From Eledone cirrhosa (lineage: Eukaryota): a stretch of DNA of 64,000 nucleotides. Shown one piece after another: positions 1 to 13,796 of this stretch. The translations under genes and the position numbers were made by a program. The stretch lies in contig OZ024747.1 in NCBI GenBank assembly GCA_964016885.1, positions 42,656,001 through 42,720,000 on the forward strand. The letters run 5' to 3'. Within the stretch, counting starts at the first letter, position 1. Each line of letters opens with the position of its first letter. Under the pieces are notes generated by a model. It saw only the letters and a program-made list of their open reading frames with translations. It was not told the origin of the DNA and did not search any database.

Positions 1-759
1 TTTTGTAGAGTCTGACATTACCATTTGATAGCAGGAATTATCAGATTTACATCTATTTAGAAGGCAGAATAAAAATCAATATAAATGTATTAGAAAACAT
101 ATTAGGATTTTTAAAAAGAAAATATGACCATGAAAAGTTTAAAATATATATTATTTTATTGAAAAATATGTCTTTTTATTTTACACACACACATTTAGAG
201 AGTGAGAGAGAGAAAGAAGGGGAGAAGAGAAATCCTGACAGAAAAAAAAGAGACATACAGATAAAGCAAGACAGATAAGGAACATGAGAGAAAGTGTGAG
301 TGCATGTGTGTGTGTAAATTGTTATTGTGTGTCAGTGGGTGAGTATGCATGGTTATATGGGGAGAGAGAGAGGGTAGAGAAATAGACAGCACACACAATA
401 TAAGTACTTTTAAAGCAAATAGTATTTTTATTTTCTACTTTTTTTTATATCCTTCACTACAAATGAAGGAAAAATCAATACAGCTACCAAGAAATAGATA
501 TTTAGAAAGAAGTTTGAAAATATCAACATTGCAATAGGTATGAAGGTTTGTATTCTTTGATACAATTAGATATCAAGCAGATATATTCACCAGTTTCCTT
601 TTCATATGTATAATTATAGCATTATACAGCACCTGCAGAAGTAGTGGTTTCACTGGGATCAAGACATCTGCTGCCAAATGTAAAGATTTTATAAATGTTT
701 CATTAAGGGCTCTTATTTTATCAGAGTTAAAAGGACTGTTCAGTCCTGTCAAGAACATG

Positions 760-1130
760 ACAAGCTCTCTAGTGGTGGTGTAATAATAAAATACACCCAG
801 TACACTGTAAAATAGTTGGCATTAGGAAACCATGACAAAAAATTGACAGAAAGGATTCTTCTGTCATTTCAAGGATATGACAATCTCCCTAGTGCTGGTG
901 CCATGATAAAATACGCTCAGTACACTTTGTGTACTGAGTGTATTTGGCATTAGGTAGAACATCCAGCTATAGGAGCCATACTAAAACCTGGAACATATGT
1001 AAGCAAGACAAGGTTTCTCAACTAGTCTAGGAGGAGTGTAGCTCTGATAAAGTATTGATTTGGTATGTACTGACCCATCCAACCCATGCCAGCATGAGAA
1101 TGTGGGTGTAAAGTGATGACGACGATGATG
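760..1130 (+). mobile_element. Degenerate SINE/RTE 3'-tail-related repeats (two partial copies)
   Basis: 'gtgctggtgcc...cagtacact...tggcattagg...atccagct...aacccatgccagcatg...gtaaagtgatgacgacgatgatg' resembles the RTE 3' UTR/tail at 49420-49680. Confidence 0.55.
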
Positions 1131-1140
1131 TCAGGTTAAT

Positions 1141-1335
1141 AATTCTTTCTTACATTGGCACTTAAGGCCAGCAATTTGGGAGAAGGGAAAAGTCAATTAT
1201 ATCAACCCAGTACTTAGCTGGTACTTTATTTTATCAACCTCACTGGGTTTTGAACTCAGAACTTAGAAAGTGTCTTCACTATATACTGCAAAGGATTTTG
1301 TTTGATGCTCTACCAATACTGCCAATCCACTGCCC
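1141..1335 (-). mobile_element. tRNA-derived SINE (OK/Nin-core-like), degenerate
   Basis: Shares 'ggtactttattttatc', 'tttgaactcaga' (B box on minus strand) and 'ctaccaatactgccaatcc' with copies at 10270, 12375, 18809. Confidence 0.7.
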
Positions 1336-1379
1336 TCATGCTAAGTTAATAATGTTTTTTTTTTGGGGGGGGGGGGGGA

Positions 1380-1540
1380 TTAAATCGACCACAGTGCATT
1401 ACTGGTGCTTTATTTCAACAACCCTGTAAGGATGAAAGGTAAAGCTAACCTTGAGGAGATTTGAACTCAGAACGTAACGGGCTGTAACTCTATGCAGCGA
1501 AGCACAGAATCCGATGCTCTACCAATACTGCCAATCCATC
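1380..1540 (-). mobile_element. tRNA-derived SINE (same family)
   Basis: 'ggatgaaaggtaaagctaacc...atttgaactcagaacgtaacgggctgtaact...ctaccaatactgccaatcc'. Confidence 0.75.
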
Positions 1541-1659
1541 TCCTTCATGCTAAGTTAATAATGACAATATTAACTTGATCAATCAGGCAAAAAATAAGCT
1601 TGGGGGAAGGGAGAGGTGAGATTAACACAAATTTGATTGAAATGAATATGACAGAGTTT

Positions 1660-4074
1660 TGGAAGATTGACTTCCTGCTAGTTAGACAGCGAGGCAGACA
1701 AATGGTGTCAAATACTAAGGCATATCCCAGGGAAGAATGTACTCTACAGCATAGGTTAGTCGTTAGTGACATCTCAGTAAGCTAGAGAAAGAATGAGACA
1801 CAGGAAGGTGTGGAAAAGAAAGGTCTGGAAGCTAAAAGACCTTTCATTAAAATATAAATTTAGCAAAGCCCTTCAAGATGTGTATGACAAAAAGGAAGAC
1901 GATTTAGAGTTGTATGACATAGATGATAACTGGAATGAAGAAACTTGTGGTTGGGGGCAGAGCTTCAACAAGACAGAGAGTGACCTGGTGGTGGAACAGC
2001 ACAGTAGATAGGGCCATTAGAGACAAAAGACTGGCATGGCAGGCTTGGAAAAACGGTGGGAGTAGAAATGGATACACAGCCGCTAAGAGAGAAGCTAGAC
2101 ATCAGCTGTACTTAGCACGCAGAGAGGCTGAGAGTAGATTTGTGAATGTTCTGCGACAGGAAGATCAGAGACGTGCAGTGTTCTGCATTGCAAGGCAGTG
2201 TGTCAGTTCAAATCAGGATGTTGTTGGAGATAAGTGTGTCCGGAATGATGCCGGTGTACTTAGTGTCACGAATGATCAAAAAAGAGGAGGCCTGGAAATG
2301 TCATTATGAGAGACTGATGAATGCGGAGAACGAATGGGAGAGAGAGAAATTACCCCCACTAGACCCGACAGAGGGACCAGCTATTGAGAGTGACGAATAT
2401 AGGGTACAAGAGGCAATTAAGGAAATGAAAAATGGTAAGACTGCTGGACAATCGGGGATAGTTGCTGAGATGCTGAAGGCATCAGGAGAAGTAGGCACTA
2501 AACTAGTTGCACGCCTCATTAATCAAGCTATATATGGTGGTGTCATACTCAAAGACTGGTGCAGCAGTATTCTCATAAATTGCTACAAAGGTAAAAGGGA
2601 TGATCTAGAGAGGAGCAATTATAGGGGCATAAAGCTGATGGATCAAGTTATGAAAGTGGCAGAGAGAATATTAGCGCAACTGATTAGAGAAAGGGTCAAA
2701 TTAGATGAGATGCAGTTTGGTTTTGTGCCCTGGAAAAGTACAACAGATGCCCTCTTAGTGAGATAACTACAAGAGAAGTTCTTAGAGAAGAATAAGCCAC
2801 TATACTTAGCTTTTGTTGACCTCGAGAAGGCCATCGATAGGGTACCCAATCTGTCATCTGGTGGTCCCTAAGGAAACTAGGTGTAGAGGAATGGCTTGTG
2901 AGGACAGTGCAAGCTATGTACAGGTGTGCTGTCAGTAAAGTGAGAATAGGAATGGAGTTTAGTGAGGAATTCCAGATACAAGTAGGTGTACATCAGGGTT
3001 CGGTCCTCAGCCCACTCTTGTTCATTATAGTCCTCCAAGCCATAACAGAGGAGTTTAAGACTGGCTGCCCATGGGAACTTCTCTATGCTGATGATCTGGT
3101 TCTTATAGCAGAATCAGTAGAGGAGCAAGAGAATAAATTCTAGCTATGGAAACAGCAGTTGGAATCAAGAGGCCTGAGAGTGAACATAGCTAAAACAAAA
3201 GTGTTGATAAGTAGAAGAGAGGACAATACTCTGATTTCGTCGAGGAAATGGCCATGTTCGATATGTAGGAAAGGAACTAGCATACATTCCATAAAATGTA
3301 TGCAATACAGATCTTGGGTACACAAGAGATGTAGTGGGATAGCAGGCAAACAAACAGGTAGGGAAAACTTTGTATGCAGTAGATGTACAGGGAAAGTTGG
3401 CAGTAGTAATCGCAGTGATAGACACATTTTTCCAATGCAGGTGGGTTCTATAGAAGTGGTTGATAGCTTCGGGTACCTAGGTGATCAGATTAGCAGGGGA
3501 GGGGGGGGGTGTTCCGAGGCCATAGTATCTAGAATAAGGACGGGTTGAAAGAAGTTTAGGGAGCTGCTTCCTCTGTTGACAAAGAAGGATTTCTCCCTGC
3601 ATACGAAAAGATGGTTATATGATGCCTGTGTGAGGAGCGCGATGCTGCATGGTAGTGAGATATGGGCAGCAACTGCAGAATATATGCGACGGCTGGAGAG
3701 AAATGAAGCAAGTATGCTCCGTTGGATGTGCAATGCCAATGTGTGTGAACGACCAAGCATAGACGAGTTGAGAAAGAAACTGGGTATAAGAGGGATAAGT
3801 TGTAGTGTGCAGAAGAGAAGACTGAGATGGTATGGACATGTGATGCACATGGAGGATGACCGCTGGGTAAAGAAGTGCCAAGAAATCCCAGTAGAAGGAA
3901 GACGCAGTAGACCACGTAAAACATGGGCGGAGGTGGTGAGAGCAGACCTCAGATCGCTGAAACTCACCGAGGAGATGACGAAGAAGCGTGACAAGTGGAG
4001 AGATGCTGTGCTGGATAGGACCCATCCAACCCTTGCAAGCAGGGAAAAACGGACGTAAAATGATGATGATGATG
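1660..4074 (+). mobile_element. RTE-clade LINE, family C, 5'-truncated and decayed (end of APE endonuclease, RT, PHD-like finger)
   Basis: Frameshifted ORF pieces: [57 protein letters not shown]; ends in (GAT)n tail at ~4060-4074. Confidence 0.95.
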
Positions 4075-4140
4075 GAGGGAAAAATAGGTGGAAAGTTAAA
4101 TACGAGTAGTACACTTGACTAAAGGGTACAATATGACACT

Positions 4141-4830
4141 AGTGTGTGTATGTGTGTGTGTGTGTACATGATTTTGTGAGAGAGGGAGTGAGTGGAAGAG
4201 ATGGGAATGTGAGAGAGGGAGTGAGTGGAAGAGATGGGAATGTGAGAGAGGGAGTGTGAGTGGAGATGGGAATGTGAGAGAGGGAGTGTGAGTAGAGATG
4301 GGAATGTGAGAGAGGGAGTGTGAGTAGAGATGGGAATGTGAGAGAGGGAGTATGAGTGGAAGAGAACGGGAATGTGTTAGAGGAAGTGTGAGTGGAAGAG
4401 ATGTGAATGTGAGAGAGGGAGTGTGAGTGGAGATGTGAATGTGAGAGTGGAGAGTGTGTGCATGTGACAATGTGAGTGTGGAAGAGGGTAAATATGAGTG
4501 TGTTGTCAGATGAATAAGTGAGAGGGGAATATAAAAGAGAGAGAGAGCTTGTGAATGTGTGTGTGTGTGAGTGTGGGAGTGAATGTTTGAGAGAGAGAGA
4601 GAGAGAGAGGGAGAGAGAGGGAGGGAGAGGGAGAGAGAGAGAGAATATCTGTGAATGTGTGTGTGGGAGTGAATGTTTGAGAGAGAGGGAGAGAGAGAGA
4701 GAGATAGAGGGAGAGAGAGAGAGAGTATCTGTGAATGTGTGTGTGTGGGAGTGAATGTTTGAGAGTGTAGTGAAGCAAGTATAACTGTGAGGATGCAGGG
4801 TGTGTGTGTGTGTGTGGGGGGGGGGGGGAG
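4141..4830. repeat. GA/GT-rich minisatellite (~30-bp unit GAGAGGGAGTGTGAGTGGAGATGGGAATGT) and (GA)n/(GT)n
   Basis: Direct inspection. Confidence 0.9.
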
Positions 4831-4954
4831 AGATAAGTATGAGCATACCTGAAGGTGAACAGTTTTGTGGAACTAATGTACGAGTGTTTATACATCCATC
4901 TTGGAGGAAATATAAAGCTTAGCAGGCCATAGTTAAACATCGGAAACGAAGCTT

Positions 4955-7900
4955 ATGATTGCAGTGTGTATGTGTCTGCTATGGTGTGTATGTATGTGTC
5001 GTGATTGTAGTGTGTATGTGTCTGCTATGGTGTGTATGTATGTATGTGTCGTGATTGTAGTGTGTATGTGTCTGTCTGGTGTGTATGTAAGTATGTGTCG
5101 TGATTGCAGTGTGTATGTGTCTGCTATGGTGTGTATGTATGTATGTGTCGTGATTGCAGTGTGTATGTGTCTGTCTGGTGTGTATGTAAGTATGTGTCGT
5201 GATTGTAGTGTGTATGTGTCTGCTATGGTGTGTATGTATGTATGTGTCGTGATTGTAGTGTGTATGTGTCTGCTATGGTGTGTATGTATGTATGTGTCGT
5301 GATTGCAGTGTGTATGTGTCTGTCTGGTGTGTATGTATGTATGTGTCGTGATTGCAGTGTGTATGTGTCTGTCTGGTGTGTATGTAAGTATGTGTCGTGA
5401 TTGCAGTGTGTATGTGTCTGTCTGGTGTGTATGTATGTATGTGTCGTGATTGTAGTGTGTATGTGTCTGTCTGGTGTGTATGTAAGTATGTGTCGTGATT
5501 GCAGTGTGTATGTGTCTGTCTGGTGTGTATGTATGTATGTGTCGTGATTGTAGTGTGTATGTGTCTGCTATGGTGTGTATGTATGTATGTGTCGTGATTG
5601 CAGTGTGTATGTGTCTGTCTGGTGTGTATGTAAGTATGTGTCGTGATTGCAGTGTGTATGTGTCTGTCTGGTGTGTATGTATGTATGTGTCGTGATTGTA
5701 GTGTGTATGTGTCTGCTATGGTGTGTATGTATGTATGTGTCGTGATTGCAGTGTGTATGTGTCTGTCTGGTGTGTATGTATGTATGTGTCGTGATTGTAG
5801 TGTGTATGTGTCTGCTATGGTGTGTATGTATGTATGTGTCGTGATTGCAGTGTGTATGTGTCTGTCTGGTGTGTATGTATGTATGTGTCGTGATTGCAGT
5901 GTGTATGTGTCTGTCTGGTGTGTATGTATGTATGTGTCGTGATTGCAGTGTGTATGTGTCTGTCTGGTGTGTATGTAAGTATGTGTCGTGATTGCAGTGT
6001 GTATGTGTCTGTCTAGTGTGTGTGTATGTATGTGTCGTGATTGCAGTGTGTATGTGTCTGTCTGGTGTGTATGTATGTATGTGTCGTGATTGCAGTGTGT
6101 ATGTGTCTGTCTGGTGTGTATGTAAGTATGTGTCGTGATTGCAGTGTGTATGTGTCTGTCTGGTGTGTGTGTATGTATGTGTCGTGATTGCAGTGTGTAT
6201 GTGTCTGTCTGGTGTGTATGTAAGTATGTGTCGTGATTGCAGTGTGTATGTGTCTGTCTGGTGTGTATGTATGTATGTGTCGTGATTGCAGTGTGTATGT
6301 GTCTGTCTGGTGTGTGTGTATGTATGTGTCTGTCTGGTGTGTGTGTATGTATGTGTCGTGATTGCAGTGTGTATGTGTCTGTCTGGTGTGTATGTATGTA
6401 TGTGTCGTGATTGCAGTGTGTATGTGTCTGTCTGGTGTGTGTGTATGTATGTGTCTGTCTGGGGTGTATGTATGTATGTGTCGTGATTGCAGTGTGTATG
6501 TGTCTGTCTGGTGTGTATGTATGTATGTGTCGTGATTGCAGTGTGTATGTGTCTGTCTGTTGTATGTAAGTATGTGTCGTGATTGCAGTGTGTATGTGTC
6601 TGCTATGGTGTGTATGTATGTATGTGTCGTGATTGCAGTGTGTATGTGTCTGTCTGGTGTGTATGTATGTGTCGTGATTGCAGTGTGTATGTGTCTGTCT
6701 GGTGTGTATGTATGTATGTGTCGTGATTGCAGTGTGTATGTGTCTGTCTGGTGTGTATGTAAGTATGTGTCGTGATTGCAGTGTGTACGTGTCTGCTATG
6801 GTGTGTATGTATGTATGTGTCGTGATTGCAGTGTGTATGTGTCTGTCTGGTGTGTATGTATGTATGTGTCGTGATTGCAGTGTGTATGTGTCGTGATTGC
6901 AGTGTGTATGTGTCTGTCTGGTGTGTATGTATGTGTCGTGATTGCAGTGTGTATGTGTCTGCTATGGTGTGTATGTATGTATTTGTCGTGATTGCAGTGT
7001 GTATGTGTCTGTCTGGTGTGTATGTATGTATGTGTCGTGATTGCAGTGTGTATGTGTCTGTCTGGTGTGTATGTATGTGTTGTGATTGCAGTGTGTATGT
7101 GTCTGTCTGGTGTGTATGTATGTGTTGTGATTGCAGTGTGTATGTGTCTGTCTGGTGTGTATGTATGTGTTGTGATTGCAGTGTGTATGTGTCTGTCTGG
7201 TGTGTATGTATGTATGTGTGTATGTGTCTGTCTGGTGTGTATGTATGTATGTGTCGTGATTGCAGTGTGTATGTGTCTGTCTGGTGTGTATGTATGTGTC
7301 GTGATTGCAGTGTGTATGTGTCTGTCTGGTGTGTATGTATGTGTCGTGATTGCTGTGTGTATGTGTCTGTCTGGTGTGTATGTATGTATGTGTCATGATT
7401 TCAGTGTGTATGTGTCTGTCTGGTGTGTATGTATGTATGTGTCGTGATTGCAGTGTGTATGTGTCTGTCTGGTGTGTATGTATGTATGTGTCGTGATTGC
7501 AGTGTGTATGTGTCTGTATGTATGTGTCGTGATTGCAGTGTGTATGTGTCTGTCTGGTGTGTATGTATGTATGTGTCGTGATTGCAGTGTGTATGTGTCT
7601 GCTATGGTGTGTATGTAAGTATGTGTCGTGATTGCAGTGTGTATGTGTCTGTCTGGTGTGTATGTAAGTATGTGTCGTGATTGCAGTGTGTATGTGTCTG
7701 TCTGGTGTGTGTGTATGTATGTGTCGTGATTGCAGTGTGTATGTGTCTGTCTGGTGTGTATGTAAGTATGTGTCGTGATTGCAGTGTGTATGTGTCTGTC
7801 TGGTGTGTATGTATGTATGTGTCGTGATTGCAGTGTGTATGTGTCTGTCTGGTGTGTGTGTATGTATGTGTCTGTCTGGTGTGTGTGTATGTATGTGTCG

Positions 7901-9450
7901 TGATTGCAGTGTGTATGTGTCTGTCTGGTGTGTATGTATGTATGTGTCGTGATTGCAGTGTGTATGTGTCTGTCTGGTGTGTGTGTATGTATGTGTCTGT
8001 CTGGGGTGTATGTATGTATGTGTCGTGATTGCAGTGTGTATGTGTCTGTCTGGTGTGTATGTATGTATGTGTCGTGATTGCAGTGTGTATGTGTCTGTCT
8101 GTTGTATGTAAGTATGTGTCGTGATTGCAGTGTGTATGTGTCTGCTATGGTGTGTATGTATGTATGTGTCGTGATTGCAGTGTGTATGTGTCTGTCTGGT
8201 GTGTATGTATGTGTCGTGATTGCAGTGTGTATGTGTCTGTCTGGTGTGTATGTATGTATGTGTCGTGATTGCAGTGTGTATGTGTCTGTCTGGTGTGTAT
8301 GTAAGTATGTGTCGTGATTGCAGTGTGTACGTGTCTGCTATGGTGTGTATGTATGTATGTGTCGTGATTGCAGTGTGTATGTGTCTGTCTGGTGTGTATG
8401 TATGTATGTGTCGTGATTGCAGTGTGTATGTGTCGTGATTGCAGTGTGTATGTGTCTGTCTGGTGTGTATGTATGTGTCGTGATTGCAGTGTGTATGTGT
8501 CTGCTATGGTGTGTATGTATGTATTTGTCGTGATTGCAGTGTGTATGTGTCTGTCTGGTGTGTATGTATGTATGTGTCGTGATTGCAGTGTGTATGTGTC
8601 TGTCTGGTGTGTATGTATGTGTTGTGATTGCAGTGTGTATGTGTCTGTCTGGTGTGTATGTATGTGTTGTGATTGCAGTGTGTATGTGTCTGTCTGGTGT
8701 GTATGTATGTGTTGTGATTGCAGTGTGTATGTGTCTGTCTGGTGTGTATGTATGTATGTGTGTATGTGTCTGTCTGGTGTGTATGTATGTATGTGTCGTG
8801 ATTGCAGTGTGTATGTGTCTGTCTGGTGTGTATGTATGTGTCGTGATTGCAGTGTGTATGTGTCTGTCTGGTGTGTATGTATGTGTCGTGATTGCTGTGT
8901 GTATGTGTCTGTCTGGTGTGTATGTATGTATGTGTCATGATTTCAGTGTGTATGTGTCTGTCTGGTGTGTATGTATGTATGTGTCGTGATTGCAGTGTGT
9001 ATGTGTCTGTCTGGTGTGTATGTATGTATGTGTCGTGATTGCAGTGTGTATGTGTCTGTATGTATGTGTCGTGATTGCAGTGTGTATGTGTCTGTCTGGT
9101 GTGTATGTATGTATGTGTCGTGATTGCAGTGTGTATGTGTCTGCTATGGTGTGTATGTAAGTATGTGTCGTGATTGCAGTGTGTATGTGTCTGTCTGGTG
9201 TGTATGTAAGTATGTGTCATGATTGCAGTGTGTATGTGTCTGTCTGGTGTGTATGTAAGTATGTGTCGTGATTGCAATGCAGTGTGTATGTGTCTGTCTG
9301 GTGTGTATGTAAGTATGTGTCATGATTGCAGTGTGTATGTGTCTGTCTGGTGTGTATGTAAGTATGTGTCGTGATTGCAATGCAGTGTGTATGTGTCTGT
9401 CTGGTGTGTATGTAAGTATGTGTCGTGATTGCAGGGTGCAAGTGTCTGCT
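4955..9450. repeat. 4.5-kb minisatellite, 49/50-bp unit GTGATTGCAGTGTGTATGTGTCTGTCTGGTGTGTATGTATGTATGTGTC
   Basis: Tandem unit visible throughout; variant units (GCTATG, GTAAGT, 45-bp units); identical ORFs recur at +1542. Confidence 0.97.
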
Positions 9451-9569
9451 ATGGTAACACTGCTTCAGGAGAACCAAAGTTACAAATGTAAATGGAATAC
9501 TCAGTTCATTTCTAATACAATAAGTAGATAGATAGACAATGTTGTTGGGAATAACAACAACTATTTTTC

Positions 9570-9880
9570 AATACACACACACATAGACACATGCACACAC
9601 ACACACACACACATCCCACATACACAAATCCAATACCCCTATACATTTAACATTCCACATACACACACAAGCACCCCTACACAGATACTACACATACCAT
9701 CCCCATGCACATACACAACCACCAAACCATCACCACAACTCACACACAAACACAAGTACCCCTCACACAAACCACCCACACAACTGTCTCTCTCTCTCTC
9801 CTTCACACACAAACACAAGTCCCCCTCACACAAACCACCCATCCACCCATCATCCCATACACCACTCTCTCACACGCACT
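9570..9880. repeat. CA-rich low-complexity tract
   Basis: Direct inspection. Confidence 0.8.
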
Positions 9881-10269
9881 TGAACTGCATGAGATGAATA
9901 AGAACATCTAAATATGGCTGAAAGGAAAATAAAACATTACTATACTATGTTAGAGCTTAGTAAGTTGTGAAAGGTTAGGTCAGCAAGCACTCCACTAATG
10001 AGCTTAACTTCATTTAGCAAGGTAAACCCACTCTAGGTGATTATTGAATAGTAAAGCTTAATAGTCGTCACCTGTAAATATACAATAGTGTGTATTTCCT
10101 ATCAATGGCAATAGAAGCTGAAAGCCAGGCATTTTAACTGTTATATAAATAAAGTCTTTATTAAGATTCTTGTTAACGGTTCAATGCTGGTGCCATAGAA
10201 TAAGCATTCAAACATGGTTTTGGAGCTTAGATGAGATGTTGTGTCACTTATATCACTTAGGCATTATGC

Positions 10270-10457
10270 GGTGGATTGGCAGTATTGGTAGGGGGTCAGC
10301 TGCTATGCTTTGCAGCAAAGAGTTACGGCCCTTTATGGTCTGAGTTCAAATCCCACCGAGGTTAACTTTGCCTTTCATCCATACGGGGTCAATAAAATAA
10401 AGTACCGGTAATACACTGGGATAATTGCTGGCCTTGTGCCAAAGGTAGAAACAATTA
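10270..10457 (+). mobile_element. tRNA-derived SINE (OK/Nin-core-like), near full length
   Basis: 'ggtggattggcagtattggtag' (A box), 'gagttcaaatccc' (B box), core 'gcctttcatcc..cggggtcaataaaataaagtacc', end 'ggccttgtgccaaaggtagaaacaat'. Confidence 0.85.
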
Positions 10458-10496
10458 TAAGATAATTTAAAATGGTTCCTAAGCCTCAAGAAACTT

Positions 10497-10787
10497 TTAA
10501 CCTATTGATACCAACCTACCTGAAACCACTCTGGCTTTATGATACACAACCTCTTATTTTAATATGTCCCTACTTTTTACTCTTTTACTTGTTCCAGCCA
10601 TCCAGCTGAGGCCATGCTAGGGCACTTTTATTTAAACTTTCCATCAAAATTTTATATAAGGCATTTTTGTAAGTAATTTTTGAAACAACTTATTAATGAA
10701 AAAGGAGGTTATCTCATTAAGTTCTTCAAATTTTCAACATTACTTTGGAGGTGTATTTCTTGAGAAATACAGTAATAAAAGGGTTAA
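10497..10787. mobile_element. piggyBac-like MITE
   Basis: TTAA at both ends; imperfect TIRs cctattgatac / gtaataaaaggg. Confidence 0.5.
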
Positions 10788-12090
10788 GTTCTAGATCTAC
10801 AGTTAATATCTTCTTCCCCTACACTGAAGTGTTAGAAGCTGTGCAAAAATGGGTCATGACAGTTACCATTCCTCCTCTCATTAAGCCATAACACAAAAAG
10901 GTGGGAGGCAATACTTAGACCTACTTCTAGGCGGGAAGTTAATGAGAAATACTTCCCTACCTGGATGATAAGGATGATTGCTGTTCTTTTGCAGTTAAGA
11001 TTCCCAGCTGATCATGTAGCTATTCCTGGCAGTTAATATGGCACGGAGGCAATGTAAGATTCAGTGTTTTGCCCAGAGACACCACAAAACACATCTTTGT
11101 TTTAACCTCTCAACAAATGAATTTGGAATGCAACCCTTTATCCACTCAGTCATCTTATTTCTATGCTGCTTAATGGTTTTAGAAAGAGTATGAACATCAC
11201 AGCATTCCTATATCACCTCACTTATAAATATGAAGACATGCAACTAGTAGCAAATTAGTATTTTGATGAAATTCTAAAGGTGGACTGGCCATATAAACAT
11301 TTGAGCAATACTCATCAGGCAGTTGGGCCAGGTAAAAAAAAAACAGCTGAGAAACATATTAATGATTAATGGCTCAACTGATAACAGATGCTCCAAGGCC
11401 AGTTTTATGACCCAGTTCATTTCTGTGGAACTTTCTAGAACAACCAGAAAATGGAACAAAAAAATAAATAAAGGAAAATCCGTCAATTGTGTTACAAGAC
11501 ACACCCTAAATTCACAAAGGGATAAAGAAAATATCAAAACAAATTGAAATAAGAGGAAGTTAGATATGACATTTAGTTAAACAAAGTAATGAATATGAAA
11601 CTACTTGTATTTTAACTGGGGAAACTGGTTTATTACTGGTGTTGTAGTTGAAATTGCTGCTGATCATATAAAATAAATATATATAGATATAAGGAATGCA
11701 GGTATAGTGAATTAAACTGACCATTAATGCATTCCAGACTGGTTTTTTTTTTTTGTAAACAGGTAGTGCTGGTACCATAATACAATGCGCAATAGTGGTA
11801 GTACTGATGTTATGATAAAATGCAATCAGCCCACTCTGTAAAGTGATAGTGCTGGTGCTACAATAAAATGCAGCTAGGACCAATCTGCAAAGGGGTAGTG
11901 CTGGTAACAATATAATGTTTATAATTGTTTAAAGATTAAATACTTAAGATGACCTCCGCATGAAAACAATATATAAGTTGGTGTTAACAAACTGAAATTA
12001 TAGAGCAATATTTCTATAGCCAACACCCAAGAATAAATAAGTTAGTGTTAACAGATTCAATATATCATGCAATATTTCTATATCCTACAT

Positions 12091-12250
12091 TCAAATTCTC
12101 TGCATTCTATATTTTAGGTCTTGGTATTTTTCTATTTTCTTATGTTCTTTGTCTACTGGTCTAGTACCAAATGGGTAAACAACATTTATTAACCAACACG
12201 CTCTTTCCTCCTTATTGAGTATAACAGTATTGCAGTTTAGATATTCCATT
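12091..12250 (-). pseudogene. Fragment of restriction-like endonuclease domain of an R4/Dong-type non-LTR element
   Basis: VILNKEERACWLINVVYP..EHKKIEKYQDLKYRMQRI matches the C-x-L-I-D...E-K-x-x-KY-x-DL pattern of RLE domains. Confidence 0.6.
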
Positions 12251-12374
12251 TGCCTGACCATTTGAATCAATATATATATCATAGTTGATTTCAAGGATTC
12301 GCAACATAAAGTTACATCCCTTTATGTTCCGAGGTTAGCTTTGCCTTTCATTCTTACTGGGTTTATAAAATAAT

Positions 12375-12552
12375 TGTTTCTACTTTAGGCACAAGGCCAG
12401 CAATTATCCAGTGCATTACTGGTACTTTATTTTATCGACCCCGTAAGGATGAAAGGCAAAGTCAACCTCGGCGGGATTTGAACTCAGATCGTAAAGGGAC
12501 GTAACTATGCTGGAAAGCATGGCGTCCGACCCTCTACCGATACTGCCAATCC
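12375..12552 (-). mobile_element. Young tRNA-derived SINE with ~19-bp TSD, nested in an older opposite-strand copy
   Basis: actgggtttataaaataat at 12356-12374 and 12553-12571; older + strand copy at ~12290-12580. Confidence 0.9.
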
Positions 12553-13796
12553 ACTGGGTTTATAAAATAATGCACCAGAGGTGGCCTTGTCCCATGCAAG
12601 GCTAAAGAATCCTTTCCACATCATATATTCTTCATTCTTTCAATGGCTGAGGGACTTCCCTTCAGCCTACTCATGATACCAGTTTATAGCTAGTTTTAGT
12701 TCATAATTTCAGAATAATAAAATATTCAATTTTAGATAAAATACCTCAGCTGCTTATGACAATGAACTGAACTTCTACCAATTCATGGTACCAATTTACA
12801 CTGGATTTGTTAAAAAATAAATTATTTTGCCGAGGACACAAATTAGATTATCCTTCACCTAATTGCTCAGCATGGGTAATATTGACAGCCTCTCAGTCTT
12901 TTAATGTTTAAATTTCTATATAACTTACATCTATATTCATATAAATGTAAAATGACATTAAGATGACTGGATAACCTTATGATGGAGAAAGTCAATTGAT
13001 TTAATCACCCAACCATTGCAGCCTATGTATAAATGTTATAAATAGCAATTCTATATTGAAGTAAATACACAAATATAAACTAGTTTCATAGACGTTGCAA
13101 CAAAAGGTATATTTCAATAAGAATACCTGGAAGGAAATATAAGACGATTAGTGAGAAAACATACAAACCCCAACCCCCAACAATGTATCAATTTACAATT
13201 TCAATGAATCAGTTTCCATGACAACATATTGAACTGAGTTAATACAACATTTATCTTTTGCATTAAATATTAAAGACAATTACTTAGTGTCCTGGAGGAA
13301 CATATCAGCATAGGATAGTGATTTGAAGTATTTGTAAAACCTAGAAACTGAAATCAGAACACACACATATATGCACTAAGACACACAGATTCACATATAG
13401 AGACACAGACTCTCTCTCTCACACACACATATAAACAGAGATGGAGATATACAGATTAAGACACACATACACACACATGCAGATGATATCTAATACAGCT
13501 TATAAGTATTGCTGATCAACAATGTGTGCAGTGGGATTAGTGGAGATAAAAAAAGAAAACTTCTTTAATACAAAGTAGTTTATAATCCAATCAAAATAAT
13601 ACTTAACCACAGCAAAACCTTCAGAATAACATCCAGAAAGTCCATATAAGTTATAAATCAGAAGTTCTGATCTGTTGTTCATACATTTCTTGAGACTAGA
13701 TGTATGGCCCCTTTATATATTTAGAAGATAGATATGTTGCATGGAGGTGAAGGTATAAGACTACTCCATTGCAAGTGTACTTATCAAGAAGGGAAT

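Noticed and set aside
4955-9450. Minisatellite as a CRISPR array or Cys-rich gene
   Set aside because: No unique spacers; eukaryotic context; 49/50-bp units do not keep a reading frame
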